From contig NZ_JMCB01000007.1 in assembly GCF_000737315.1 (NCBI RefSeq), positions 1 through 64,000 on the forward strand: a stretch of DNA of 64,000 nt, in the 5' to 3' direction. The stretch comes from Hyalangium minutum. Lineage in GTDB: Bacteria; Myxococcota; Myxococcia; Myxococcales; Myxococcaceae. The translations under genes and the position numbers were made by a program. Shown piece by piece: positions 45,388 through 54,745 of this stretch (position 1 is the first letter of the stretch; every line of letters starts with the position of its first letter). The notes under the pieces were generated by a model. It was given only the letters and a program-made list of their open reading frames with translations, ran no database searches and had not been told where the DNA came from.

Positions 45388-46302
45388 ATGATGCGCTTCG
45401 ACCTGACGGATCTGCGGCTGTTTCTCTGGGTGGCGGAAGCCGGGAGCATCACTCGAGGCGCGGAGCGGGCTCATCTGGCCTTGGCCTCTGCCAGCGCACG
45501 GCTCCGGGGAATGGAGGAAGAATTGAAGGTGCCGCTCCTGGAGCGGGAGCGGCGTGGGGTCCGCCTGACGGCGGCGGGACGGGCTCTGGTCCACCATGCG
45601 CAGGCCGTGCTGCAGCAGGTCGAACTCATGCGCGGCGAGCTCGCGAGCTTCGCGGGAGGGTTGAAGGGGCAGGTGCGTCTCTTGTCCAACACGGCGGCGA
45701 TGACCGAGTTCCTGCCCGAGAAGCTCAGCGCTTTCCTTGCCGTTCACCCAGAGGTGGATGTGGATCTGGAAGAGCGGCTCAGCTCCGAGATCATCCCCGC
45801 AGTGGCCGAGGGCCGGGCCGAGGTGGGGCTCGTCGCCGATACGGTGGACCTCGGAGGGCTCGAGACCTTTCTGCTCCAGCCGGATCGGTTGGTGCTCGTG
45901 ACGTCACGAGGCCATCCCCTCGCGGGGCGCCGCACGGTTGCCTTCGCCGAGGTGCTCGGAGAGCCTTTCATCGGGTTGGGGGAGGGGAGTGCGCTCCAGC
46001 AGTATCTGGCCTCACAGGCTGCCCGCCTGGGCCGCCGTCCCAAGTACCGGGTGCGGCTGCGCAGCTTTGACGCGGTCTGCCGGATGGTGGAGCGGGGCGT
46101 CGGCATCGGAGTGGTTCCCGAGACCGCGGCTCGCCGCTGTCAGCGCTCCAGGGCCCTTCGCAAGGTCGTCTTGAGCGACGCCTGGGCGGTGCGCCGCCTC
46201 TGCTTGTGCGTGCGCCGGTACCGCGAACTGTCGCCCCAGGCCCGGTTGCTCGTCGACGCACTTCGGTCAGACGAACGCACGTCCGGGCCCGGCACGAGAT
46301 GA
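45388..46302 (+). CDS. LysR-family regulator
   Basis: FDLTDLRLF...GSITRGAERAHLALASASARL. Divergent from the TauE gene. Confidence 0.95.
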   Translation: MMRFDLTDLRLFLWVAEAGSITRGAERAHLALASASARLRGMEEELKVPLLERERRGVRLTAAGRALVHHAQAVLQQVELMRGELASFAGGLKGQVRLLSNTAAMTEFLPEKLSAFLAVHPEVDVDLEERLSSEIIPAVAEGRAEVGLVADTVDLGGLETFLLQPDRLVLVTSRGHPLAGRRTVAFAEVLGEPFIGLGEGSALQQYLASQAARLGRRPKYRVRLRSFDAVCRMVERGVGIGVVPETAARRCQRSRALRKVVLSDAWAVRRLCLCVRRYRELSPQARLLVDALRSDERTSGPGTR

Positions 46303-46312
46303 CCGGTGGGCG

Positions 46313-46735
46313 CTACTTCTTCACCAGCTCGATGGGCTGGCCCTCCGGCACGTGCTTCATCGCCACCGAGTTCATGCAGTAGCGCAGCCCGGTGGGAGGC
46401 GGGCCATCCGGGAAGACGTGGCCGAGGTGGCCGTCACACCGGGCGCAGCGCACCTCGGTGCGGACCATCCCGTGCGAGCGATCCTGAATTTCGGCCACCG
46501 CGTCCGGGCCGATGGTCTGCGTGAAGGAGGGCCACCCGGTGCCGGACTCGAACTTCACGCCCGCTTTGAAGAGCGGGTTGCGGCAGCCGGCGCAGACGTA
46601 GGTTCCAGGATCCTTCGTGCCCAGGAAGCACCCCGTGCCCGGGTACTCCGTGCCGTGCTGGCGCAGCACATCGTACTCCTCAGGAGTGAGGCGCTTGCGC
46701 CACTCGGCATCGCTCAGGGTCAGCTTTTCCACCAT
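46313..46735 (-). CDS. msrB: Peptide-methionine (R)-S-oxide reductase
   Basis: [35 protein letters not shown] and RYCMNS. Confidence 0.97.
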   Translation of the reverse strand: MVEKLTLSDAEWRKRLTPEEYDVLRQHGTEYPGTGCFLGTKDPGTYVCAGCRNPLFKAGVKFESGTGWPSFTQTIGPDAVAEIQDRSHGMVRTEVRCARCDGHLGHVFPDGPPPTGLRYCMNSVAMKHVPEGQPIELVKK

Positions 46736-46768
46736 GACGTGTGACTCCTCTTGGGACTCGGCTCCGAG

Positions 46769-48160
46769 TCAGTCGTGAGCCAGGTAGCGTACCGCGCCCG
46801 AGCCGAACATCTGCTCGGGAGCTTGCCGCTGCCCACGAGGTTCGTGCGCACTGGCCAACAGGGGCTTGCCTCCGGGACCCGGTGGGCCCGGCTCCACCAC
46901 GGCGAACCGCAGACCCACGGCCGTCTTGGCCAGGGCGATGATGGGCAGTCCCTTGGCCGCGGCCTCCAGCAGGGCCGGGCCATCCACCGCGCGCCACCCT
47001 CGCGAGGGCGCGGTCTCGTTCAGCCACTTCCACAGCTCCGTGGGCGTGCCAGGCCGGAAGTGGCCGGAGAAGCCCACGGCGAAGGCTCGCTCCAGCGTCG
47101 TGTGCTGCGAGTTCATGACGTCGAAGACGAAGAGGTGCCCGGACTCGCGTGGCTCTTGGGAGCGCGGCGCGTAGCGCGGGTTGACCGCCACGGCGTACGG
47201 GTTGATGACGTTCTGCGTGTGGATGACCGTGCGCTGGCCTGGGTAGCTCTGCACGGGGGCCCGGAGGCTCGCCTCGGGGTGGGTGATGGAGAGGCCCTCG
47301 GCGGGAGCGCGGCCGTCGTAGACGAGGTTCACGTCAGGGCTGTGAACTCGCTGCGGGCCTGTGGCCTCTCCGCTCAGAAGGACGCGAGGGTTGCTGCCCA
47401 GCGCGGGCCTCGGGCCCGTGGCCTGGGGCGCTGCGGCGGGAACTGGCGGGGCTGCATCCGGTGCAGCGGGCCGGATGGAGGGGAAGGGGGCTCGGGTGGT
47501 GCGGGACGAGCCCTTCCGCGTGAGGGCGAACTTGCGCTCTTTCTCGGCCTGCTCCGCCAGCTTGTGAAGGTGGCTGGCCTTCAACATTACCGAGGTGGAT
47601 TGCCCGGCTTTGCGAGGCACATCGGCTGGCGGCTCATCCGCGCGGGCCTCCGCTGGACGCTTCGGCGGGAGCGCGGCTCTGCCAGGGGAGCTCGTGCCGG
47701 CGCGGTCGCCCGCGGGCCGCTCGGCGAACTTCGTGACTGCGGGAACGGAGCGGGAGGCCTCACTCGCGGGAGCAGGAGCGGCACTGGATTTCGCTGCGGG
47801 CTGCGCGGGCGAAGCCGGAGGCGGGGCGCTGGCGGCGGCAGGCACGGCAGCCCGCGAGGCCTGGGTCCGTGAGGGCTCGGACGGTGGAGCCGCTGGCGGT
47901 GGCGCGCGTCCAGGGGCTTCACCCGCTTCGGGAACGAGGTCGGAGAAGCGGACCGGCTTCATGGGCACGGTGGGAGCGCTGTGGATCCCCCGCTCTCCGG
48001 TTCGGGGCGCCGGCCGCATGGGCACCGTCGAAGCGCTGGAGGAGCGCTTCTCTCCCACGTCCACGATGGGCATCTCGGGAACGGTGGGAGCGCTCTCCGG
48101 CGGAGGCTTGCCAGGAGGTCCACCCTTCGGACCACGGGAATGGGAGTTGTCCTGTGCCAC
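46769..48160 (-). CDS. Pro/Ala-rich protein with C-terminal degenerate papain-like (NlpC/P60-type) domain
   Basis: Long low-complexity N-terminus. The C-terminal NPRYAPR...LFVFDV...WL...GWR.V...YLAHD resembles myxobacterial NPRY..CNIFVWDV domains. Confidence 0.6.
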   Translation of the reverse strand: MAQDNSHSRGPKGGPPGKPPPESAPTVPEMPIVDVGEKRSSSASTVPMRPAPRTGERGIHSAPTVPMKPVRFSDLVPEAGEAPGRAPPPAAPPSEPSRTQASRAAVPAAASAPPPASPAQPAAKSSAAPAPASEASRSVPAVTKFAERPAGDRAGTSSPGRAALPPKRPAEARADEPPADVPRKAGQSTSVMLKASHLHKLAEQAEKERKFALTRKGSSRTTRAPFPSIRPAAPDAAPPVPAAAPQATGPRPALGSNPRVLLSGEATGPQRVHSPDVNLVYDGRAPAEGLSITHPEASLRAPVQSYPGQRTVIHTQNVINPYAVAVNPRYAPRSQEPRESGHLFVFDVMNSQHTTLERAFAVGFSGHFRPGTPTELWKWLNETAPSRGWRAVDGPALLEAAAKGLPIIALAKTAVGLRFAVVEPGPPGPGGKPLLASAHEPRGQRQAPEQMFGSGAVRYLAHD

Positions 48161-48251
48161 GGAGGGCTACCTCAAAGGCGGTGAGGGATGGCTGCACAGC
48201 CATCGTACCGCGACCGCCTCGCCCCGTCGTGCATGCGCGGGGCAGCGCGCG

Positions 48252-48629
48252 TCAGTGCATCAGGGACATCTCGGGCGGGCCGACGATCTGCTGCACCGTC
48301 ATCCGCACCTTGTCGAGATCCACGGGCTTGGAGATGTAGCCGGCGGCACCGACCAGCTCCGCCTCCCACTCGAAGCCGTAGCCCGAGATGATGATGATGG
48401 GGAGGTTGCGGGCACGCGGCATCTTCTTCAGCGCGTCCAGCAAGCCCCACCCGCTCATGACGGGCATCCGCAGGTCCAACAGCACCGCGGCGGGCATGTC
48501 ACCCTCCAACAGGTCCAGCGCCTCCCGGCCGTTGGAGGCCTGGACGGTGCGGTAACCCAATTCCTCGAGGGCATCGCAGATGAGCGTGCGGTGGCTCGCG
48601 TCGTCATCGACGACCAGGATGTGGGACAT
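48252..48629 (-). CDS. Single-domain response regulator
   Basis: ILVVDDD, LLDLRMPVMSG and ISKPVD. Confidence 0.95.
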   Translation of the reverse strand: MSHILVVDDDASHRTLICDALEELGYRTVQASNGREALDLLEGDMPAAVLLDLRMPVMSGWGLLDALKKMPRARNLPIIIISGYGFEWEAELVGAAGYISKPVDLDKVRMTVQQIVGPPEMSLMH

Positions 48630-48757
48630 GGTGAGGCCTCGGTAAGACAGTCAACGGGGGTGGGGTGATTCTATGGTGGCCAAGATGGGATCGATCTCTC
48701 CATAGCGGAAGTGGGGGATCCAATTTTCAACACCGGGTCCTCACAGGAATGATCTTT

Positions 48758-49705
48758 TCAGGGCGCGCCGGCCCCGAATAGACGCAGTGCGTTCTGACCG
48801 AGCAGCCCCGCCTCGGTCTCATCCCCCAGCTTCAGTCCCAGCAACTGCTTCAGCTCCCGGTCCCACGCGTAGGGCAGCTGGGGGAAGTCCGTCCCATAGA
48901 GGATGCGCTCGGGGCGCACATCCAAGGCACGGCGCGGCAAGGCGATGGGGAAGTAGTCCGCCATGGCCATGGTGGTGTCCAGCCAGAGGGTGTCGTAGCG
49001 CTCCAGCAGGCGCACGTAGCCGTCGAACTCGTCCGCCCCGAGGTGGGGCACGCAGAGCTTCAGCGTGGGGTGGTCCTGGAGCACGCGCTCCACCCGCTCT
49101 ACCGCACATAGCGCGTGGGCGTCACACTTGTAGTGCGGGCTCGAGGGCTCGCGTCCGGCGTGCATGACGAGCGGACGGCCCGCCTGGGCGCATGCGGCGT
49201 AGACTTCGTGCAGTGCGGGGGCGTCTGGAGCGAAGCACTGCACGTGGCAGTGCAGCTTCACGCCCGAGAGCCCCATCGCGAAGGCCTCGGCGAGGATGTC
49301 CGCCGCGCCCTCCTCGCCGGGCAGCACCGTGGCCAGCCCCATGACGCGCGGCTCGGTCTTCACCACCTCGGCCATGTACTGGTTGAGCATGCGCGCCATG
49401 CCCGGCTTGTGCGAGTAGGCCAGCGCCACCACCCGGCTCACTCCGCGCGACAGCAGGAAGGCCACCGCCTCGGGCGTGTGCAGCTTGTAGCGGATGGGCC
49501 AGCCGTACTGCTCGAACCAGCGCCAGATGGCCTCGACGACGCGGTCCGGGAAGAGGTGCACGTGCGCATCCACCACCGGCGGGAGCCCTGCGGGCAGCCT
49601 CAGCCCCTCCTCGTCATTCAGTGCGGGCATCGGCGGGCGGCCACGGCTGGGATCCAGCCACGAGGCCATTGCGCCAAGACACGTGGGAATGTCGTCAGGG
49701 GACAT
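48758..49705 (-). CDS. Amidohydrolase_2-family protein
   Basis: VDAHVH, GVKLH, MHAG, PHLG and LYGTDFP. The start may be 49669 or 49630. Confidence 0.9.
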   Translation of the reverse strand: MSPDDIPTCLGAMASWLDPSRGRPPMPALNDEEGLRLPAGLPPVVDAHVHLFPDRVVEAIWRWFEQYGWPIRYKLHTPEAVAFLLSRGVSRVVALAYSHKPGMARMLNQYMAEVVKTEPRVMGLATVLPGEEGAADILAEAFAMGLSGVKLHCHVQCFAPDAPALHEVYAACAQAGRPLVMHAGREPSSPHYKCDAHALCAVERVERVLQDHPTLKLCVPHLGADEFDGYVRLLERYDTLWLDTTMAMADYFPIALPRRALDVRPERILYGTDFPQLPYAWDRELKQLLGLKLGDETEAGLLGQNALRLFGAGAP

Positions 49706-49720
49706 AAGAGGAGTGGGCCA

Positions 49721-49954
49721 CTACTCCTTCTTTGGGCCCTGGGGACCGGGCTCCTGGTCCAGCCGCCGCAGGAAGTCCTGCTGCTGCCGGTAGCCCTGGC
49801 GCTCCAGGCGCTGGGCCTCGATGAGGTCCGCCACTTTCGAGCAGACCTGACCCAGCACCCGCAGCGAGTCCGCGAGGATCTTCTCCACCTGGTCCTGGGC
49901 ATCCGGCCGCTTGACGATTGTCGGATCGCGGCGGAACGGCAGTGGCAACTTCAT
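49721..49954 (-). CDS. Small hypothetical helical protein
   Basis: MKLPLPFRRDPTIVKRPDAQDQVEKILADSLRVLGQVC..., with strongly GC3-biased codons. Confidence 0.65.
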   Translation of the reverse strand: MKLPLPFRRDPTIVKRPDAQDQVEKILADSLRVLGQVCSKVADLIEAQRLERQGYRQQQDFLRRLDQEPGPQGPKKE

Positions 49955-50261
49955 CCAGGCCAATCTAGGGGAAGTGCCGCCGGGGCGCGACCGTCCTGCT
50001 GCACCGGAGCGGCACAGAGACCGCCTGATCGGCCGTCTGGACAATTGACGCGGTACGCTGCCATCAACAGGTTTACAGTCCGGCAAATTTACAAAATATG
50101 GAGTGTTGGGCTGTTGGATCTTGCAACAGTCCCCCTGTTTGCCGCCAACCCACGGAAATTCCAGGTGTTTGACGAATTTTCAAAGGGGGGATGACAGGAA
50201 GTTAATTCGTGTTTAGAGTTCTCCGCACCTGAAACCCACTCCACTTATGGGGGGCTGCGCG

Positions 50262-50531
50262 ATGGCTTACGACGGCGAGCTGGTAAAGATGGAAAATGGT
50301 CGCTGGGCGCGGTTCCAGCGGTGCCGGGTGCACCGGCCCGGCGTGGAAGACGCGGGCGAGACGATGCTGCTGATCGCGGTGGAGCTCGAGGACCGCTACC
50401 AGCGCATGCTGGAGACCGTGGCGGACTCGCTGGCCCAGTATCGTCGCCAGGGCATCCCCGTGCAGGTGCGCATGGATGAGACGCAGGGCGTGACGCTGCA
50501 GCCGGAGCTGTCCGAGGCGCTCGTTCACTGA
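50262..50531 (+). CDS. Conserved myxobacterial hypothetical protein
   Basis: MAYDGELVKMENGRWARFQRC...LLIAVELEDRYQ, followed by a terminator. Confidence 0.8.
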   Translation: MAYDGELVKMENGRWARFQRCRVHRPGVEDAGETMLLIAVELEDRYQRMLETVADSLAQYRRQGIPVQVRMDETQGVTLQPELSEALVH

Positions 50532-50588
50532 GGCTGACGGAGCGGCTCGCACCGCAGGGTGAGCCGCTGTTCACCGCTTAACAGCACC

Positions 50589-50628
50589 GAGGCCCCGCGC
50601 CGTTAACGGCACGGGGCCTCTGCTTTTT
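50589..50628 (+). terminator. Rho-independent terminator between convergent genes
   Basis: GAGGCCCCG(C)GCCG-TTAA-CGGC(A)CGGGGCCTC followed by TGCTTTTT. Confidence 0.8.
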
Positions 50629-50648
50629 ACGACGCGTTGCGGCTGATC

Positions 50649-52727
50649 TCAGTTGCCGTTCAGCCAGCGCTCATAGGCCTCGAAGCCGTACTCGCGGCCG
50701 AGGAAGTCCTTCACCAGCAGTGCGGCATCCTTGGCGCCACCAGGCTCGAGCACGGTGTGGCGGTAGCGCATGGCGGGCGCGGGGTTCATGAGGCCCTCGG
50801 CCTGGAAGGGCGTGAAGAGGTCCTTCGCGATCACCAGCGACCACATATAGGTGTAGTAGGCCGCCGAGTACCCATCGAGGTGGCCGAAGGACAGGTGGAA
50901 GTAGGTGTCCGAGGCGTACTTGAAGGGCGTGTACTTCTCCTGGAGCTGCTTCACCATGGCGGTGGTGTCCAGGCCCTTGGGGTCGCGGTTGTAGAGGCCC
51001 AGGCTGATGGACGCGTAGAACATCTGCTGGCGCACCCCGAGCCCCTTGCCGAACTCGTCCGCCTTCTTCATGCGGCCGATGAGGTCCGTGGGCAGAGGCT
51101 CGTTGGACTGGTAGTGCTTGGCGAACGTCTGGAGCGACTCCGGGGACCAGGCCCACTCCTCGAGCATCTGCGAGGGGGCCTCGACGAAGTCCATCTCGGT
51201 GCGGGTGCCGGAGATGCCCGCCCAGCGCGCGCGGCCGCCGAGGATGTGGTGCAGCAGGTGGCCGAACTCGTGGAAGAAGGTCTCCACGTCGGTGTGCTGC
51301 ATGAGCGCGGGCTCGGCGCCGGGCTTGGGGAAGTTGCACATCAGCACGCCCTCGGGGAGCGTCTTGCCGGCCCTGCCGCTGGCCAAATCCCACTGCGCCG
51401 CGTGCTTGTACTTGTTCTCGCGCGGGTGCATGTCCAGGAAGATGCGGCCCAGCAGCGTGGAGCCCTCGTAGATGTCATAGGTCTCGATGTCCGGGGACCA
51501 GACCTTCGCGTCCGCCACGCGCTTGTAGGTGATGCCGAACATGCGCGAGGTGATGTCCAGCACGCCGTCGCGCACGCGGGTGTACTCGAGGTAGGGGCGC
51601 ACGGCCTGCGAGTCGAAGTTGTACTGCTCGGCCTTCACCCGGTCCTCGAGGTACGGCTGGTCCCACGGGTTGACGACGGCGGCCTTCGGGTCGTCCTTGC
51701 GCTTGCGGGCCAGCAGCGTGTCGTAGTCGGCCTTGGCGCGGGCGCCGGAGACGGTCGTGATCTTCTCGATGAAGTCCGCGGCGGCCTTCTCCGTGCGGAT
51801 CATCTTGTCCTCGGTGGTGTAGGCGGCCCAGTTCGGGTAGCCCAGCAGCGTGGCCAGCTCGTAGCGCTTGGAGAGCATGCGCGACAGGGTGTCGAGGTTC
51901 TTCGGGTAGCCGCGCTGGCGGTAGACGCGCCAGAGGGCTTCGCGGGCCTTGGCGCTCTTGGCGTACGCCATGAACGGCGTGTAGTCCGGATAGTCCGTGG
52001 TGATGCGCACCTTGCCGTTGGCGCCGGGGGCGTGGGCGCGCACGTAGTCGTCAGGCAGGCCCGCGAGCTCCTTGGGATCCAGCTCCACGCTGCGCACGTC
52101 CTCGCGGATGTTCTTGCCGAACTCCTGGCCAATCTTGGTGAGCTCCTCCTTGAGTGCGAGCACCTGGGTGCGGGTGGCCTCGTCCTTGTCCACGCCGACA
52201 CGGCGGAAGTCGCGCAGCTGGTGGCTCACGTACTGCTTCGTGGCGCCGTCCTGCTGGCTCAAGTCCAAGCTGGACAGCACGTCATAGACGCCGCGATCCA
52301 GGCCGATCTCGGTGACGGCCTTCTCCACCTCGGTCTCGCACTCCTGGGAGACGGTGCGCATGGCCTCGTCCGGGTGCGAGTTGGTGGCGATGGCGGCGCG
52401 CCCGGCGGTGTTGGCGAGCAGGGCCACGGCCTCGTCGAAGATCTCCAGCGCCGCGACGGTCTCCCGAGGCGCCGGCAGCGCCTTGAAGCGGGCGATGGAG
52501 TCCCGGGCCTTCTGGATGTCCTGGCGGCAGGACGCCTGGAACTGAGGCGCAGTGCCCGTCAGATGGCGCGCCGCGTCTGGAACCAGGGCCGCAGGGCGGG
52601 GAGCCGCCGCGGCAGCCGGGGTGGGGGCCTCCTGGGAGGAGGCCTGGGAGTCAGGGGTGTTGGCGGTGGAACTGGCGCACCCTGCGAGCGCAGAGGCGGC
52701 CACGAGAGCAAGTGTGAGGCGACGCAC
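50649..52727 (-). CDS. M3-family (thimet oligopeptidase-like) metallopeptidase lipoprotein
   Basis: Lipobox LAGC, LDMHPRENKYKHAA, FHEFGHLLH, DFVEAPSQMLEEW and YYTYMWS. Confidence 0.95.
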   Translation of the reverse strand: MRRLTLALVAASALAGCASSTANTPDSQASSQEAPTPAAAAAPRPAALVPDAARHLTGTAPQFQASCRQDIQKARDSIARFKALPAPRETVAALEIFDEAVALLANTAGRAAIATNSHPDEAMRTVSQECETEVEKAVTEIGLDRGVYDVLSSLDLSQQDGATKQYVSHQLRDFRRVGVDKDEATRTQVLALKEELTKIGQEFGKNIREDVRSVELDPKELAGLPDDYVRAHAPGANGKVRITTDYPDYTPFMAYAKSAKAREALWRVYRQRGYPKNLDTLSRMLSKRYELATLLGYPNWAAYTTEDKMIRTEKAAADFIEKITTVSGARAKADYDTLLARKRKDDPKAAVVNPWDQPYLEDRVKAEQYNFDSQAVRPYLEYTRVRDGVLDITSRMFGITYKRVADAKVWSPDIETYDIYEGSTLLGRIFLDMHPRENKYKHAAQWDLASGRAGKTLPEGVLMCNFPKPGAEPALMQHTDVETFFHEFGHLLHHILGGRARWAGISGTRTEMDFVEAPSQMLEEWAWSPESLQTFAKHYQSNEPLPTDLIGRMKKADEFGKGLGVRQQMFYASISLGLYNRDPKGLDTTAMVKQLQEKYTPFKYASDTYFHLSFGHLDGYSAAYYTYMWSLVIAKDLFTPFQAEGLMNPAPAMRYRHTVLEPGGAKDAALLVKDFLGREYGFEAYERWLNGN

Positions 52728-52881
52728 GGGGTAGGTCCCTTCAGAGGATGGGGCGGCGGGTTTTAACCCAGGACGGGCCGAAACATTTCTTCACGGAACG
52801 GCAATAGCGGGCCAAAGGGGCCCGTATTGAATGGCGGCTACTGGATGGGCGCGGCCGGCGCCCTGGACAGGGGAGCCCTTC

Positions 52882-53481
52882 ATGGTGCTGGAGACGAGCC
52901 AGGAGATTGGACGCGAGCCCGTGGTGTTCGGCCACGCGCTGGAGACCTTGCTGGCCGAGGCGGAGGTGCTGGCGCCGCACACGCTGGACGAGTTCGCGCG
53001 GCTGGGCCTGTCTCCGCTGCACCAGCTGGAGGTGGCCTACCCAGTGGAGGTGTGGTCCGAGGCGCTGCGGATCCTCGTCCAGGCGCTCTCGGCGGATGTG
53101 GGCACGGCGGCGGCGGAGTTCCTGCTGGGCCAGCGCTACTCGGAGCGGTCCCTGAGCTCGCGAATCGGCTCGGCCATGAACGCGCATGCCAAGGTGGTGG
53201 GCCCGGAGCGGACGCTGATGCGCACGGCGCGCAACCTGCGCATGGTCAACAACTTCTTCGACGCCACCGTGCGCGAACTGCCGGGCGGCAGGGGCTGGGA
53301 GCTGGTGACGAAGCCGCTGGTGCAGTTCGCTCTGTCGAGCAAGCGCCTGATGGATCCTCCCCACTTCCTGCGGGGTGTGCTCAGCAAGGCTCTGGAGGCG
53401 GCCGGTGCCAAGGGCGTCCGCATGGAGCTGGTGGAGCACGACGAGGTGCTCGGCACCGCCACGTTCCACATCTTCTTCTGA
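52882..53481 (+). CDS. DUF2378 (TIGR02265) myxobacterial protein
   Basis: VVFGHALETLL...LEVAYPVEVW...LGQRY...VGPERTL...GVLSKALE. RBS GGGGAG. Confidence 0.78.
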   Translation: MVLETSQEIGREPVVFGHALETLLAEAEVLAPHTLDEFARLGLSPLHQLEVAYPVEVWSEALRILVQALSADVGTAAAEFLLGQRYSERSLSSRIGSAMNAHAKVVGPERTLMRTARNLRMVNNFFDATVRELPGGRGWELVTKPLVQFALSSKRLMDPPHFLRGVLSKALEAAGAKGVRMELVEHDEVLGTATFHIFF

Positions 53482-53493
53482 GCGTGAGGGGCC

Positions 53494-54276
53494 TCACGCC
53501 TTGAGCTGGAAGAAGCGCTCGGCGTTCTCGTTGGCCACGCGCCGGACGATGCGGTCGGAGAGGTTGGCCTTCGCCAGCAGGCGGGCCAGGCGCGCCAGCC
53601 CGAGTATGTCCCCGGCGCCATCTCCCGCATCCGAGTTGAGCACCAGCCGCTCGCTGCCGAGCTTCCGCACCAGCGCCACCGCGCGCTCGGCCTTGAGCGC
53701 CTCCGGGTGCAGCGTCAGCCCCGCCCAGTGTCCGCAGCCCAGGATGGCACTCACCGTGCGCCCCGTGGCGTGGTCCACCAGCACCCGTGTGGGCAGCACC
53801 CCCGAGGTGCGCAGCAGTGTGAGGATGCGCCGGGTGTGCCGCTCCTTGTCCTGCAGCGGTGTGTGCACCACCACCCGCAGCTTCAGCCGCCGCGCCAGCG
53901 CCAGCTGCTCCAGGAAGGCCTCCTCCTCCTCCTCGCCGCCCGCGTGCAGCCCCGTCTCTCCCAGCGCCACCACGCGCCCACCTTGGAAGTAGTCCGGCAG
54001 GCGCGAGAGCACCTCGGACAGCCCTCGCCGGGGGATGCAGCGCGGGTGCACCCCGAGCGCCGCATACGCCCGGATGCCCAGCTTCTCCAGCCGTGGCAGC
54101 TGCCGACCCACCAGGTCATCGAAGTGCGCCAGCAGCGACTTGGCCGTGGGCTCCGCGAAGTGGTGCGCCACCACCAGCGCCCGCTCCACCCCGAAGAAGC
54201 GCATGGACTCCAGGTCCTGATTGCTCAGGGCCTCCGGGTGCAGGTGCGCGTCGAAGAGGCTGGGAAGTTCTGGCAC
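53494..54276 (-). CDS. TatD-family hydrolase
   Basis: FDAHLH, LGVHPR, ALGETG, VVVHTP, LVDH and LNSD. Confidence 0.93.
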   Translation of the reverse strand: MPELPSLFDAHLHPEALSNQDLESMRFFGVERALVVAHHFAEPTAKSLLAHFDDLVGRQLPRLEKLGIRAYAALGVHPRCIPRRGLSEVLSRLPDYFQGGRVVALGETGLHAGGEEEEEAFLEQLALARRLKLRVVVHTPLQDKERHTRRILTLLRTSGVLPTRVLVDHATGRTVSAILGCGHWAGLTLHPEALKAERAVALVRKLGSERLVLNSDAGDGAGDILGLARLARLLAKANLSDRIVRRVANENAERFFQLKA

Positions 54277-54708
54277 GGGCGGCGTTCTCTCGGTGCTGAG
54301 GACCGAAACCTATAACCCGAGGACGACGCGCCGCCGTCGCTTTCCCAAAACTCATGGGCCCCGTAACGCTCGATACAGGGCACTTCCCCCATTGCCTCTT
54401 GTCCGCAGCCTCATTTCCTGGCTCTTTTCGCCCGCAGTTTTTCGGGGGGACCCGGTACGGAGTTTCACCATGGTCAGAGAATTTTACTTGTACGGGTGTA
54501 AGAATCCGCACAAGATGGAAAACGCCATGAGTCGCCAACCGGGGGTTCTGATGAGCACCACCGCGAAGCCCATGCAGCACCCACCTTCACCCTCCCAGGA
54601 GGTGAAGGTGTTCTACCGCCCACGGTTCGGGATCCGGGCCGAGAGTGGTGGGTTGTGTGTAGAGGTCAGCGCGCTTCCAGAGAAGGACAAGGGCGAGCCC
54701 CCTCGCGG

Positions 54709-54737
54709 TTGACGATCAGAAACGGGCTCCCTATTTC
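54709..54737 (+). promoter_or_regulatory. Sigma70-like promoter candidate for glmU
   Basis: TTGACG, 17-bp spacer, TATTTC. The ATG follows 8 nt later and there is no Shine-Dalgarno sequence. Confidence 0.4.
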
Positions 54738-54745
54738 TCCGCCGC

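Noticed and set aside
44539-46302. TauE/LysR divergent pair as a novel system
   Set aside because: A common, widespread arrangement with nothing unusual seen.
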